From: a candidate division WWE3 bacterium RIFCSPHIGHO2_01_FULL_42_13
GTDB lineage: Bacteria > Patescibacteriota > WWE3 > UBA101185 > UBA10185
Length of the DNA: 64,000 nt
Direction of reading: 5' to 3'
NCBI GenBank assembly: GCA_001772625.1
Contig: MEVA01000016.1
Span: 67,159-131,158 of the forward strand
Shown here: positions 1 to 9,732 of the stretch, in pieces
Layout: every line of letters begins with the position of its first letter
Position numbering within the stretch: position 1 is the stretch's first letter
Program-made: the position numbers and the translations under genes
Notes under the pieces: model-generated
The model's database searches: none
Told to the model about the DNA's origin: nothing
What the model saw: the letters and a program-made list of their open reading frames with translations, nothing else

Positions 1-782
1 TTTGTATCTGCAATGCGCGAAACAACTGACTTGGAAAAATCCCCTAACCACGGGTTTTTAACCGGTGGGATAAAGAAATACCAAGGACGAGAGCTAAAGT
101 AAACGAAGTCTTCAAGGGGACGTGCGGTGTAACCAGACGTGCCTTTGGGAACAGAGCTATCTAAATAATTTAGTTTTACAAAAGGCCATAAAAACAAAAG
201 GCTTGAGGCAAGTGTAATAAACAAAACTACCACATAACTTTTTAGGTTTTTAAGGTCGAAAAGCGCAAAAAGCCCAAATAAAATTAAAAGAAAAAATCCA
301 ATGTAGTTAGAAATTAATATCGCCAGCAAAAGAGCCGCGGACAACGCGGCATAGGCTTTTGTGCTCCAACCAATCTCCTTGTATCTCAAAACTAGATGTA
401 TAAAAAGAGGGACTAACCAAATTTGCATAAGTTCCTCATGAACGCCTGTTTGAATCCAAATGTATGAAGAAAAAGAAAATATCAGAGCATATGTCAAACC
501 GAACTTATATCGTTTGAACAGCAAATGACTTAAGGCAACATTAGCCAGCATGGTTGCTAAAAGAAAAAGGTTAAAAAAGCTCGTTCCAAAGAAAAATGTA
601 AGAGTTGATAGGAAAAGCCAAAGTATCGGCTGATTTGTCGACAATGGGTGGGCCAGATGGAAAAAAACGTTTTGGTAGAAACCAGACCCAGCAAGATGTG
701 GTAACAAAGAAAATAAACCATCAGTTACTTGAGGCCAGATTAAAAGGGAAAGCTGATCTCCTAAGCCGCCAATAATAAGCAT
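1..782 (-). CDS. Partial CDS (N-terminal part; continues beyond the window start): hypothetical polytopic membrane protein
   Basis: A minus-strand ATG at 782..780 sits 22 nt downstream of the stop of the 125-aa ORF and has GGAG 9 nt upstream. Hand translation (MLIIGGLGDQLSLLIWPQVTDGLFSLLPHLAGSGFYQNVFFHLAHPL...) stays open to position 1 and is hydrophobic. It is absent from the ORF track because the stop lies outside the window. Confidence 0.3.
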   Translation of the reverse strand, partial: MLIIGGLGDQLSLLIWPQVTDGLFSLLPHLAGSGFYQNVFFHLAHPLSTNQPILWLFLSTLTFFFGTSFFNLFLLATMLANVALSHLLFKRYKFGLTYALIFSFSSYIWIQTGVHEELMQIWLVPLFIHLVLRYKEIGWSTKAYAALSAALLLAILISNYIGFFLLILFGLFALFDLKNLKSYVVVLFITLASSLLFLWPFVKLNYLDSSVPKGTSGYTARPLEDFVYFSSRPWYFFIPPVKNPWLGDFSKSVVSRIADT

Positions 783-803
783 AAGTTTACTCCAAAACCA
801 ACA

Positions 804-1181
804 TTATTCCCTTTTAAATAAGAGAATTTTCGTTTCAACAACCAAACCAGCCAGTATGTATATAAACGCATAGTCCGCCGTTTTATCTGCTTGCAAAGTC
901 GCCCCAATGCCGGAAAGCAAAGCAGTTGCAATTAACAGAGCCGCGCTGAAGATATAAATAACTCTTGGCTCAAATTCCCTGATGTAGACGACAAAAAGAT
1001 AATAGAAAAGCAGAATAATATACACCAAACCGTTTTGACCTTTTAGGAGAAGGATGTCAGCTATTAATAGAATATAAAACGCGGCCTCAAAATATAACGC
1101 CCACTTTTTTATTTGCCCCCTTAAGTTCTTAAATGTATTCCACAACGCTGTCATTTTTTGTCGCTCCTTTTTCTTCTCCAC
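804..1181 (-). CDS. Small (125 aa) multi-TM membrane protein, hypothetical; possibly GtrA-like accessory protein
   Basis: Track ORF. About four hydrophobic segments. It sits immediately downstream of the 1229-aa GT-C-like gene, in the same position as the 114-aa TM ORF after the paralog. It overlaps the upstream gene by 31 nt. Confidence 0.4.
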   Translation of the reverse strand: MEKKKERQKMTALWNTFKNLRGQIKKWALYFEAAFYILLIADILLLKGQNGLVYIILLFYYLFVVYIREFEPRVIYIFSAALLIATALLSGIGATLQADKTADYAFIYILAGLVVETKILLFKRE

Positions 1182-4100
1182 ACTACTGCGGTGCTAACTA
1201 CTACAAAGACGCCTGCTGAAACTAAACTTCCAATATAAAACATGTTTTGAGGGAAAAATTCTATTGTCAACTCGTATGTATCTCCATATCCAGACGGATC
1301 AATGTACCACGCATTTCCAAAGTAATTGGCTTTGTAGTGATCTCCTCCAGCTATCTGTTGTAACCCAAACGTCTCAAAAATCCCTCCAGGGACGTCACCA
1401 AACTCCGTCACACTGCCGTCTAGATACGTACCTGCCAGATCCCCTCCAGCAAAACTTCCCCCCTTATATAACTTCCAACCGCTATCAAATGTTTGATTAA
1501 GAATTAGGTAGAAAGGTTGGTTCGAATTGGTTACCTGCACCTTGTACTTTGTCGGATTGACTCTGTAAAAACGAATATCGGGGGCACTACCCGAATAAGC
1601 CGGTTTCCCGCTTTCCAGCACTAAGTTGGGGGTGGCATTGGCAGTCAAAAGTAAACTCTCTAAGCCCATTTCTACGCCAGCCGCAACAGGACCATACGAA
1701 AATACATAAAAATGCAGACGTTTGGAATTAGGGGTGCTTTTGATCTGCGCGTTAAACTCGCTGAAACATTTTTCTACATCAAAATATACACAAAGCTCCG
1801 AATTCGATCCGACTAACAGATTCCCTTGGTTCCCAACACCAAGCTCATTAGGCCCCTTTAACCCATTTATGTATCTTAGAGTGTAGTTGCCATCAACTCC
1901 CTCTTCAAACACAGCAACCCCAAGAAATCCACTATCCGCGTTATATCTAAAAGAAAAGTCATATCCATCAAGACCTTGTGCGTCCTCCACCACAAACCGC
2001 TTAATATTATTGACTGGAAAAGTTCTAAGGGTGGGACGTAGATCAGGAACTTTAAGCAGTAAGTTATCTTCTTGAGTTAAGCTTATTTCCTCAACAGGAA
2101 TCTCATCCGTCAGGTTTTTCTTTTCATCTAGATCGAGGGAAACAAAGTATTCCCCGGTCTCAAAGTATTGATTCTTTTCAATCTTGTTCAGCGGGCCGCT
2201 ATATAAATTTGTGCCGTGGACGTTTCTTATTGTTAAAATCACGGAATCGCTTGGCTGATCTAACAAGGAATAATCGTTAAACACAAAACTCAACTGATAA
2301 TTACCAGGCCTCTCCACAACCACTTCATAACAAAAGTCCAGACAAGTAGTGTCCGTACGATTTGTATTAACCCTAACGTACCTATCATAAATCTCGTATA
2401 AGTAGTCGATTGTGCTTTGCGGAACACGATCAATCCTGCTTAACATAAACAGCGATCTTTGATGATACCCTAAAATTTTTCTTATAATATCTGGGGAATA
2501 CCAAAAGTCCGGGTTTTGGTTAAGTAGATCATCCTCAAGTCTGCTTACAATTTCCTCATGTCCAGCAACAAAGGCATCAAGTAAGTTGTTCGCGACATAG
2601 TCAGGTAGATATTCGTAACTTGACAACTCAACTGCCTTTTTAGATGTGTACCAAAGTAAGGTATCTAAGTAATCATCTGAGTCTTTAGCGTATTTTTTGA
2701 GGTCTGTCTTTTCCCTCAATCGAACTAAGGGATATGCTATGGAATTTGGCGCCACATTAGCCTCAGGCAATACCCACCCAGGTGACCAGTATAAATCACT
2801 TAACATTTTCTTCTCCTCATCATCAGTTTTGGGCGGGACAGTAATAACTATCTGTTCATTACTGCCTGTTTCATAATCCTCATCTCCGACAAAGACTTGC
2901 GTCTCCCCGTAATTGACGGCATTGATAGCGTACAAGGGTACCGCGCTAATACTTTTTATGTCTACAACACTAGTTGTTGCATATACGGCCGGGTAGAAGT
3001 TATCTTTATTAATCTTATACAAGTCCCACTCCCCAAAATTTCTCTCCTTCTCGATAGAAAAATGGCCGAGCGCGTCTTTTATAAAAGCGGGTGAATCTGT
3101 GTCACCAAAGAAATCATATCTAAAGTCATTTCTCTGTAGAATATAGCCTATGTTAAAAAACCCCGCGATCTTATTAAGATCATAATTACCTTTGTTATAA
3201 AGAATTTCGATCAGTCCTTGGTAAATACTAGCTGGATCATCGGTTAAGGTAAATCCTTCCCCATATGTATTAAATAAACTGCCCCTACTAGATACCAGGT
3301 TTAAAACATCTGAAGATCCCCCATAACCCCAGGAGTAGACATTAGCGTTCATGTCAGGCAAAACCATTACGTTAAAAAGATATTTTTGGGATTCTAAGAA
3401 TTTACCCGTATCAAATACATAGTCAGGAAACGTCTGGTGGTAGCCTAGGTCAAACTTTCCATGATATCCGATGTCTGAATCTCTACTCGGAAACATGGTA
3501 CCAAACACAAAAAGGTTATTAACCCAGATATAAATACTTGAAATAACTAAAAAAACCACCAAATAGTAAAAGGGTTGGTGTGCTTTCTTAATAAGTTTCT
3601 GCTTTTCAAACAAAATCCCCAAACCACGAGCAAAACCTATCCCTCCTAAAACAGCAAGTCCCAAAGTAGCAAAAATCCCGAATTTCTGCCAAGGCGCCCT
3701 ATGTACCCAAAAACCGGGAAGCTTGTTAAAAGCAAATTTGAAGATTTCCTCAAAAGGGGGGTGGGTTCCTTTAGAAAAGTACAACGATATAAGAGTTACG
3801 CCACCAATGGCCAGTAAGGTTTTCTTGTTTATGTGATCTTTAAATGCTAAGGATAAGACAAACGCCACAGGCAAAAGAAAACTCAATAACGTAAAAATAG
3901 AGTTCTGGTCAAGTTTAATAAACTCTGGAAAATAGGCAGCCCCACTCCATCCGTCATACCATATAATATCGCCAAGTTGTCTGAAAACATTCTTGAAACT
4001 GGTAAAGGTGCTCGTCCATGCCAGAAGGGACTCTACATTATATATCTCTTTCCCCGCTGCCGAATCAGTAAGCCCACTACTAAGCATAAGGTTACCAAGC

Positions 4101-4840
4101 GGCACCATCCAATAAAGCCCGCTCAAAACCGCGATTGTAGCTACCAGAAAAATCTTTTTTGTCTTGGACCAAATCACCCGAAAATCTCTTTTTACAATGT
4201 CAAACAAAAAATAATAAAAAACCAGGAATACTGACATTAAGAGCAATGCGTAAGCTATGGGCGGCTGTATTCCTAATGAGGAGCCAACAATAAATATCAA
4301 AGACATTAGAAATACATCAACTCTGCTTAACCTGTTTTTATCAAGAATTGTTATCATAATGCCAATGAATATGGGAAGAGCAAACATTATCGTCACAGCC
4401 ATCTGAAGACGGACCCATAAAAACATATTATAAAAATTAATCATGTAGATAAGAATTGCGAACAGTTTGGCGTAAAAACCCCATTTATCGTTTTTCTCGT
4501 CATCTAAAATTCTATTCATCAGAAAAAGCATCGAAAATCCCGTGAGCGCAAACCAGAAAATAAAAGTTAGTTTTTCTACAGTAATTAGGGAAATATCAAG
4601 CCTAGAAAATAAAAATGCCACAAGGACAAAAGGCAGCGAGCCCAAATTATTTGATCTGTCAACACCAAATTGTATTTCCGGGTACCAAGTAGATAAACGC
4701 TCCACCAATCTATCCTCAGGATATAGAGGAAAATCCACATCAGTTCCGGTTATAAGTTCTCCCTTAAACCATAGAAGGGGTACAAGTCCTAGCAGCAGTA
4801 CAAATAGAATTATTAAATTTTGCTTTCCTTGTTTTGCCAT
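1151..4840 (-). CDS. Giant (1229 aa) GT-C-superfamily-like membrane protein (AftD/YfhO-like architecture): N-terminal polytopic domain of about 450 aa, large extracytoplasmic domain, C-terminal TM anchor
   Basis: Track ORF. The N-terminal multi-TM region carries conserved blocks shared with the paralog (LWFKGELITGTDVDFP, LIYMINFYNMFLWVRLQ, FSKGTHPPF, NLPGFWVHRAPWQKFG). The long hydrophilic middle part contains DIGYHGKFDLGYH and HILQRNDFRYDFFGD. The C-terminus (FYIGSLVSAGVFVVVSTAVVWRRKRSDKK) is hydrophobic. I could not confirm the family by search. Confidence 0.55.
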   Translation of the reverse strand: MAKQGKQNLIILFVLLLGLVPLLWFKGELITGTDVDFPLYPEDRLVERLSTWYPEIQFGVDRSNNLGSLPFVLVAFLFSRLDISLITVEKLTFIFWFALTGFSMLFLMNRILDDEKNDKWGFYAKLFAILIYMINFYNMFLWVRLQMAVTIMFALPIFIGIMITILDKNRLSRVDVFLMSLIFIVGSSLGIQPPIAYALLLMSVFLVFYYFLFDIVKRDFRVIWSKTKKIFLVATIAVLSGLYWMVPLGNLMLSSGLTDSAAGKEIYNVESLLAWTSTFTSFKNVFRQLGDIIWYDGWSGAAYFPEFIKLDQNSIFTLLSFLLPVAFVLSLAFKDHINKKTLLAIGGVTLISLYFSKGTHPPFEEIFKFAFNKLPGFWVHRAPWQKFGIFATLGLAVLGGIGFARGLGILFEKQKLIKKAHQPFYYLVVFLVISSIYIWVNNLFVFGTMFPSRDSDIGYHGKFDLGYHQTFPDYVFDTGKFLESQKYLFNVMVLPDMNANVYSWGYGGSSDVLNLVSSRGSLFNTYGEGFTLTDDPASIYQGLIEILYNKGNYDLNKIAGFFNIGYILQRNDFRYDFFGDTDSPAFIKDALGHFSIEKERNFGEWDLYKINKDNFYPAVYATTSVVDIKSISAVPLYAINAVNYGETQVFVGDEDYETGSNEQIVITVPPKTDDEEKKMLSDLYWSPGWVLPEANVAPNSIAYPLVRLREKTDLKKYAKDSDDYLDTLLWYTSKKAVELSSYEYLPDYVANNLLDAFVAGHEEIVSRLEDDLLNQNPDFWYSPDIIRKILGYHQRSLFMLSRIDRVPQSTIDYLYEIYDRYVRVNTNRTDTTCLDFCYEVVVERPGNYQLSFVFNDYSLLDQPSDSVILTIRNVHGTNLYSGPLNKIEKNQYFETGEYFVSLDLDEKKNLTDEIPVEEISLTQEDNLLLKVPDLRPTLRTFPVNNIKRFVVEDAQGLDGYDFSFRYNADSGFLGVAVFEEGVDGNYTLRYINGLKGPNELGVGNQGNLLVGSNSELCVYFDVEKCFSEFNAQIKSTPNSKRLHFYVFSYGPVAAGVEMGLESLLLTANATPNLVLESGKPAYSGSAPDIRFYRVNPTKYKVQVTNSNQPFYLILNQTFDSGWKLYKGGSFAGGDLAGTYLDGSVTEFGDVPGGIFETFGLQQIAGGDHYKANYFGNAWYIDPSGYGDTYELTIEFFPQNMFYIGSLVSAGVFVVVSTAVVWRRKRSDKK

Positions 4841-5157
4841 AAAACTTTCAAGTATTGCATAATCAATCCAAGCAGTAGTAGTAAGAATACATAATCAGCA
4901 AGCACTAACGCCGAAGCATTTAGCTTCAGCAGTATAAGGACCGGAATAGCTGGGATTGCGATAATACTATCACGTAGGGCTTTAAAGTGACCCTGCTTGT
5001 ATGCCAACATATCCAGTATATAGAAAATTAGAACCGTAACATACAAAACGTCCATTTGCTTAGGAATAATAAACAAATGGGCAAGAAAAAGGGTAAGAAA
5101 TAAAACCCTAACAAAAAGGCTTGATTCTGCTAATCCGTTAAGTAAATTATTTCTCAT
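4813..5157 (-). CDS. Small (114 aa) multi-TM membrane protein, hypothetical
   Basis: Track ORF, hydrophobic. It sits between the two giant paralogs and has a 4-nt overlap with the upstream gene stop. Confidence 0.4.
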   Translation of the reverse strand: MRNNLLNGLAESSLFVRVLFLTLFLAHLFIIPKQMDVLYVTVLIFYILDMLAYKQGHFKALRDSIIAIPAIPVLILLKLNASALVLADYVFLLLLLGLIMQYLKVLWQNKESKI

Positions 5158-8100
5158 AAGCGCCTTTTTAAATATTCGAACACTGCTGTGGTGGAGATAG
5201 TTAGAAGGGTGATGGCAGTGACCACAGCAAAAATATAAAAGACTCTCTGAGAGGCAAATTCTATAATCAGAAAGTCAGCACCTTTAACATCCAGGGGATC
5301 TAAATACCAAGTGTTACTAAAAAAGTTTGATTTAAAATGTTTATCATTAGCGATCTCTTTCATTTTAAGCGTCTCGAAAGCACTTAAAATCCCCGTACTT
5401 CTTTCCCCTTCCCCGGCATAAAGCTTCCAGTGCGGACTGAAGGTTTGATTGAAAACCAGGGCAAATTTTCCGTCTCCATAGAAACGACCCAATTTGACTA
5501 GATATTTTGTGGGGGCAAGTTGTTTAAATACAACTTCTGGCAAACCCCCCGAAGGTTGCGGCATATTAAGTGATTTTAAAATAATGTTTGGGTTAAGTTG
5601 TCTTAACAGATTCATAGAAACAACGTCCACTTCTCCACCTCTAAAGGGATAGAGGTATATATCCAAAGATTCAACACCGTTTGACACCAAAACATCTGCC
5701 TCAAATATCTTTTCCTCCACGGTAGGTTCTAAAACACTTGATAACAAAACCCGCCCAGCACCATCTGTAGATTTCTGTACAAATAAGATGCCCATTCTGT
5801 CATTCGAGGTATATTTAAGCTCCGCCAGGTACTTACTTTGAAAATCAAGTGCATTATAAGAATACTTGATCATACTATTTAGATTCAAAGGACCTATCAG
5901 TTCCTCACTACGCTCAACTCCCACTCCCCTGGTAAACTCTTCGGGATTTACTACCTCGCGACTCTTGAGCGACACTGGCTCGTCCCGCATACCACTCAAG
6001 CTGAAAGTAACATTCCCAGAATCTAGATTATAGATATTTTTGGATGTCTCACTACCGCCATCAACATAAATATCGTACAAGTCTGACGGAAGTTCTCTTT
6101 GGTTAGATTCCACTATGAACATCTCGTATGAGCCAGGGATTTTAATATTAAAGTTGTAACAGTAATTTTTGCACCCTACTTCCTCCTGAATCTCTAAACT
6201 CTGAAATATCTCCAGTTGTTTGTTTAATTCACTTGTGATTTGCGGGGATAGGTCTAGTCCTTGGGTTTTTTCTAAAACCAACTTTATATTTTGAACGCCT
6301 AGAAAAGCGTACTTGGATACCTCCGAAGCATCTGCCCAGTTCGAAAACGCCTCACTATAATCTACAATTCCATTTAGATAATCCTTGTATAGCGTAGCTT
6401 TCTTACTGACTGGTAGATTATCGTACTTAAGTATCTCCGAGATTCTCTTAGAAGCAAGCCAAAGCTGTAATCCAGCCTTTGCAGCATTATCTCTCATTCC
6501 CAATAACTGCATTTTTTCCTTGAGTCTGACCAAATTATATAAAATGCTGTTGGGTTGAACATTAACCTCCGGTAGATAGGGCGTTTCTGCCAAGGTAGGT
6601 TCTCCCACAAACCCTCCAGGGGAAGAAAGATAAGTCTCACTGAAAGTCACAATGCCCCCCGCATCTTCAAGTAAAACAGTATTCGATCTGTCGTTTAAAA
6701 TTGCGGGTAGAAGAATGTTTTCCTTCATTGCAGTCACATCGACAAAATTATTTGCTGTGTATATAAACTGATTACTTCTCTCTTCACCAATACTATAAAA
6801 GTCCCATCGGCCAAAACTCGTTACAGGACCTAGCCCTAGTGTTGAGAGTTTTTCTTTAATAAACCCCGGTGAATCGTGATCACCGTAAAAATCGTATCTA
6901 AAATCATTTCTCTGCAGGATATGGTCTATGTTGTAGAAGTCAAAGACTTTTAACAGACCGTCGTGGTTGCCACTATATAGTGCCGAAACTATCGCACTGT
7001 AAATGTTGGTTATATACCCATCCAAAGCAAACCCCTCTCCATACGGAGAGTATAGTGTGGAACGGCCAAGAAACAGCCATGTTATATCTGTCGAGCTCCC
7101 ATACCCCCAGTCGTAAACACTTGTATGCTCTTCGGGAAGGAGAAGGATATTATAGTGCTCTTTGTTTAGCCCCTTTATATAATCTCGCGCCTCATACAAG
7201 TAGTCCGGGAAAGTGAGATGAAAGCCTAAATCAAATTTTCCATGATAACCAATATCCGACTCTTTGCCGGGAAACATAATACCAAACACAAAAAGATTAT
7301 TTAACAGTAGATAAAGCCCGATAAGCGTAGGTGCTATTATAAGTTTGGTAACTTTTAATTTTGCGTGTAAAAAGTTAACGGTGAAAAAAGTGCCAAAACC
7401 ACCTAAGACGGCATATGCCATTGTTGTAACTAAGCCAAACTTCTGCCATGGGGCCCTATGTATCCAAAAACCCGGCAAGTTATTAAAACTCCACTCAAAT
7501 ACACTATTAAACGGCGGGTGTGTTCCTTTTGAGAAGAATATAGTCATTAATGCAATAAGCCCAAAAGCAAGAATGGGCTTTTTATTCTCTTTGTTAACAT
7601 AAAGGGCCAGGAAGACTACAAGAAGAGCAAGAAAGCTTAAAATCAGAAACGCTGGGTTCTGATAAAAGTCTACGAACTCGGGGAAATAAAACTGGCCTCC
7701 CCAGCTGTCAAGCCAAACTACATCTCCAAACATTCTGAATATATTTAAATTGCTTGCCGTTTTGCTAGTCCACTCCAAAAGCTCTTTAACATTGTATGCT
7801 TCAACGCCAGCTTCACCACCTTGAATAAGACCAGACCTAAATATGTAATTTCCTAACGGAAAAATCCAATATGCTCCGCTGGCCGCAACCACAAAAGATA
7901 GGCAGACCAGTTTCTTTAGTTTGTGAAGGATAATCTTTTTATTTCTAAAAAGGTCAAACGACAAGTAAAACCCAATGTAAACACACATGCTCATCAGAAT
8001 CACATACATAACTGGGGGCTGCTTACCCAAGGGCCCACCAAGGATTGTCGCTACGGACAGAATCAAGAGATCTTTAGTTTTCAGGGAGTTTTTGTCAAGT

Positions 8101-8585
8101 ACCGAATGCAAAACCCCAAAAAGGACTGGGACGAACACAAGCGATGTTACAGAAACCTGTAGCCTAACCCACAAAAACATATTGTAAAAGTTCACCATGT
8201 AAATTAGAATCCCAAAGACTTTAATTAGAAATCTCTCCTTTTCTTCTCTCTCTGTAAAAACTTTTTCTAAAAGGTACGATATTGAAAATCCAGTTAAAGT
8301 AAACCAAATAACGAAAGTTAGTTTTTCTACCGTCACCACATCTTTAATAAACAGATTTAAAAGTCCTGAAGTTCCCACATAGGGAAGAGAGCTTATGTTT
8401 ATTGATCTTTCAGCGCCAGCTAGCTCTAAATCTTCCCACGCATAAAACCTCTCTTCAACACGTTCCCAAGGGAATGGGGGAAAGTTAACATCAGTTCCAG
8501 TAATTATCTGATTACCTCTAAACCACAGTAGGGGTATCAAACCCAAAATCAAAATGTATATTGTTATTGCGGCTTTATATTTCAT
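5154..8585 (-). CDS. Giant (1143 aa) GT-C-superfamily-like membrane protein, paralog of 1151..4840
   Basis: Track ORF. It is collinear with the 1229-aa protein: LWFRGNQIITGTDVNFP, LIYMVNFYNMFLWVRLQ, FSKGTHPPF, NLPGFWIHRAPWQKFG, DIGYHGKFDLGFH, HILQRNDFRYDFYGD, and a C-terminal TM (FAVVTAITLLTISTTAVFEYLKRRL). Nucleotide blocks encoding the conserved motifs are about 80% identical between the copies (e.g. around 3421-3500 versus 7201-7290). Confidence 0.55.
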   Translation of the reverse strand: MKYKAAITIYILILGLIPLLWFRGNQIITGTDVNFPPFPWERVEERFYAWEDLELAGAERSINISSLPYVGTSGLLNLFIKDVVTVEKLTFVIWFTLTGFSISYLLEKVFTEREEKERFLIKVFGILIYMVNFYNMFLWVRLQVSVTSLVFVPVLFGVLHSVLDKNSLKTKDLLILSVATILGGPLGKQPPVMYVILMSMCVYIGFYLSFDLFRNKKIILHKLKKLVCLSFVVAASGAYWIFPLGNYIFRSGLIQGGEAGVEAYNVKELLEWTSKTASNLNIFRMFGDVVWLDSWGGQFYFPEFVDFYQNPAFLILSFLALLVVFLALYVNKENKKPILAFGLIALMTIFFSKGTHPPFNSVFEWSFNNLPGFWIHRAPWQKFGLVTTMAYAVLGGFGTFFTVNFLHAKLKVTKLIIAPTLIGLYLLLNNLFVFGIMFPGKESDIGYHGKFDLGFHLTFPDYLYEARDYIKGLNKEHYNILLLPEEHTSVYDWGYGSSTDITWLFLGRSTLYSPYGEGFALDGYITNIYSAIVSALYSGNHDGLLKVFDFYNIDHILQRNDFRYDFYGDHDSPGFIKEKLSTLGLGPVTSFGRWDFYSIGEERSNQFIYTANNFVDVTAMKENILLPAILNDRSNTVLLEDAGGIVTFSETYLSSPGGFVGEPTLAETPYLPEVNVQPNSILYNLVRLKEKMQLLGMRDNAAKAGLQLWLASKRISEILKYDNLPVSKKATLYKDYLNGIVDYSEAFSNWADASEVSKYAFLGVQNIKLVLEKTQGLDLSPQITSELNKQLEIFQSLEIQEEVGCKNYCYNFNIKIPGSYEMFIVESNQRELPSDLYDIYVDGGSETSKNIYNLDSGNVTFSLSGMRDEPVSLKSREVVNPEEFTRGVGVERSEELIGPLNLNSMIKYSYNALDFQSKYLAELKYTSNDRMGILFVQKSTDGAGRVLLSSVLEPTVEEKIFEADVLVSNGVESLDIYLYPFRGGEVDVVSMNLLRQLNPNIILKSLNMPQPSGGLPEVVFKQLAPTKYLVKLGRFYGDGKFALVFNQTFSPHWKLYAGEGERSTGILSAFETLKMKEIANDKHFKSNFFSNTWYLDPLDVKGADFLIIEFASQRVFYIFAVVTAITLLTISTTAVFEYLKRRL

Positions 8586-9732
8586 TTATTATTTTTAATT
8601 CTTCCTCACCGACCAAACGCCAATCATACTGACGAGCAAAGTTCATACCTTTCTCTGAAAGAGTCTTGTGCAATTCCTTATCTTCAACAACCCTTATAAT
8701 CTCGTCTGCCATCCTTGTGTGGTCAAACAGCGGCACACGAATAATCATAGCTCCTAAATACGAAAACGCCGGGAGCTTGTAGGCAACTACGGGTGTGCCC
8801 AATGCCACGGCCTCAAGAACGGAAATCCCCCATCCCTCCTCGTGGCTTGCCGATATAAAAACCGCACTAGACTTAATTAATCTATATAAGTTTCTGGGCT
8901 GCAGCGGGCCTAACAGAATAATGTTATTGGTTAAGCCAACCTGCTTTATTTTACCTTTTAGCTGATTCGTAACCTCCACTGTACCACCCCCAGCAACAGC
9001 AACACACCAACTGGGGTGTTTTGCTACCACGCTAACCCAAATTTGAACAAGGTCAAAAATTCCTTTGGTTTCACGTAACCCTCCGGCAAAAGATGCCTCA
9101 AACCAATCTTTTTTAGGCACCGCAGCTTCAATCGCACTCATATTTATACCGTTTTTTACAAAATAATGCTTCCTAGGGCTTATTACACCAACAATACTCT
9201 GGCCCTCCGGCGTATCATAAACAAGCAGAGCATCTGAGAAGTAATGAACCACTCTAAAACCAACCCTTTGAAAAAGAAAGGATAGGAAATTAAATAAAAA
9301 GTTCCCGCTTCTTTTAAAAGGGCTCTTCGTTCTGTGATGGACCATGGAAACATATTTGGCGCCATAGATAATCTTGTAAAAAACCGCGGGGATCACGTCG
9401 CAAAAATAATCTGATGTTGAATAGACTACATCAGCACGAGGAAGTTTTCTAAAAACTACTAAATATAGTGAGTGTAAAGTAGAAATAAAATAAGAAACTA
9501 ACCTATCTAAATTTGAACTTTCTCTCTTCTTCCAAATGTGTGAAGCTACAACAAATTCTCCGTTAAACTTAAGCCCATTATTTCTATAGTTACCCAACCC
9601 CCCTAAGGTCGTCACGCAGTAGATTTTGCAACTTTTTCCTAAAATCCTCGCAGTCTCTATATGTCTGGCCGCGCCTCCACTTTGCACATCGCTTAAACCC
9701 GATCCATTATTTATATACAGAATGTTTTTCAT
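8575..9732 (-). CDS. Glycosyltransferase family 4 (GT-B fold)
   Basis: Track ORF 385 aa. The C-terminal EGWGISVLEAVALGTPVV motif is typical of GT4/GT1 retaining glycosyltransferases. Confidence 0.8.
   Translation of the reverse strand: MKNILYINNGSGLSDVQSGGAARHIETARILGKSCKIYCVTTLGGLGNYRNNGLKFNGEFVVASHIWKKRESSNLDRLVSYFISTLHSLYLVVFRKLPRADVVYSTSDYFCDVIPAVFYKIIYGAKYVSMVHHRTKSPFKRSGNFLFNFLSFLFQRVGFRVVHYFSDALLVYDTPEGQSIVGVISPRKHYFVKNGINMSAIEAAVPKKDWFEASFAGGLRETKGIFDLVQIWVSVVAKHPSWCVAVAGGGTVEVTNQLKGKIKQVGLTNNIILLGPLQPRNLYRLIKSSAVFISASHEEGWGISVLEAVALGTPVVAYKLPAFSYLGAMIIRVPLFDHTRMADEIIRVVEDKELHKTLSEKGMNFARQYDWRLVGEEELKIINEI

Noticed and set aside
1511-1530. GGTTCGAAT, a tRNA T-arm-like motif
   Set aside because: It lies inside the 1151..4840 coding frame, with no acceptor-stem or anticodon-arm complementarity around it. 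It is a chance match.
1264-8187. Small plus-strand ORFs (1264..1500, 1887..2075, 2897..3094, 3977..4234, 4542..4862, 6980..7216, 7345..7602, 7923..8187) inside the giant minus-strand genes
   Set aside because: They are antisense to long, motif-bearing CDSs. They have no start context and low-complexity translations, so they are spurious.
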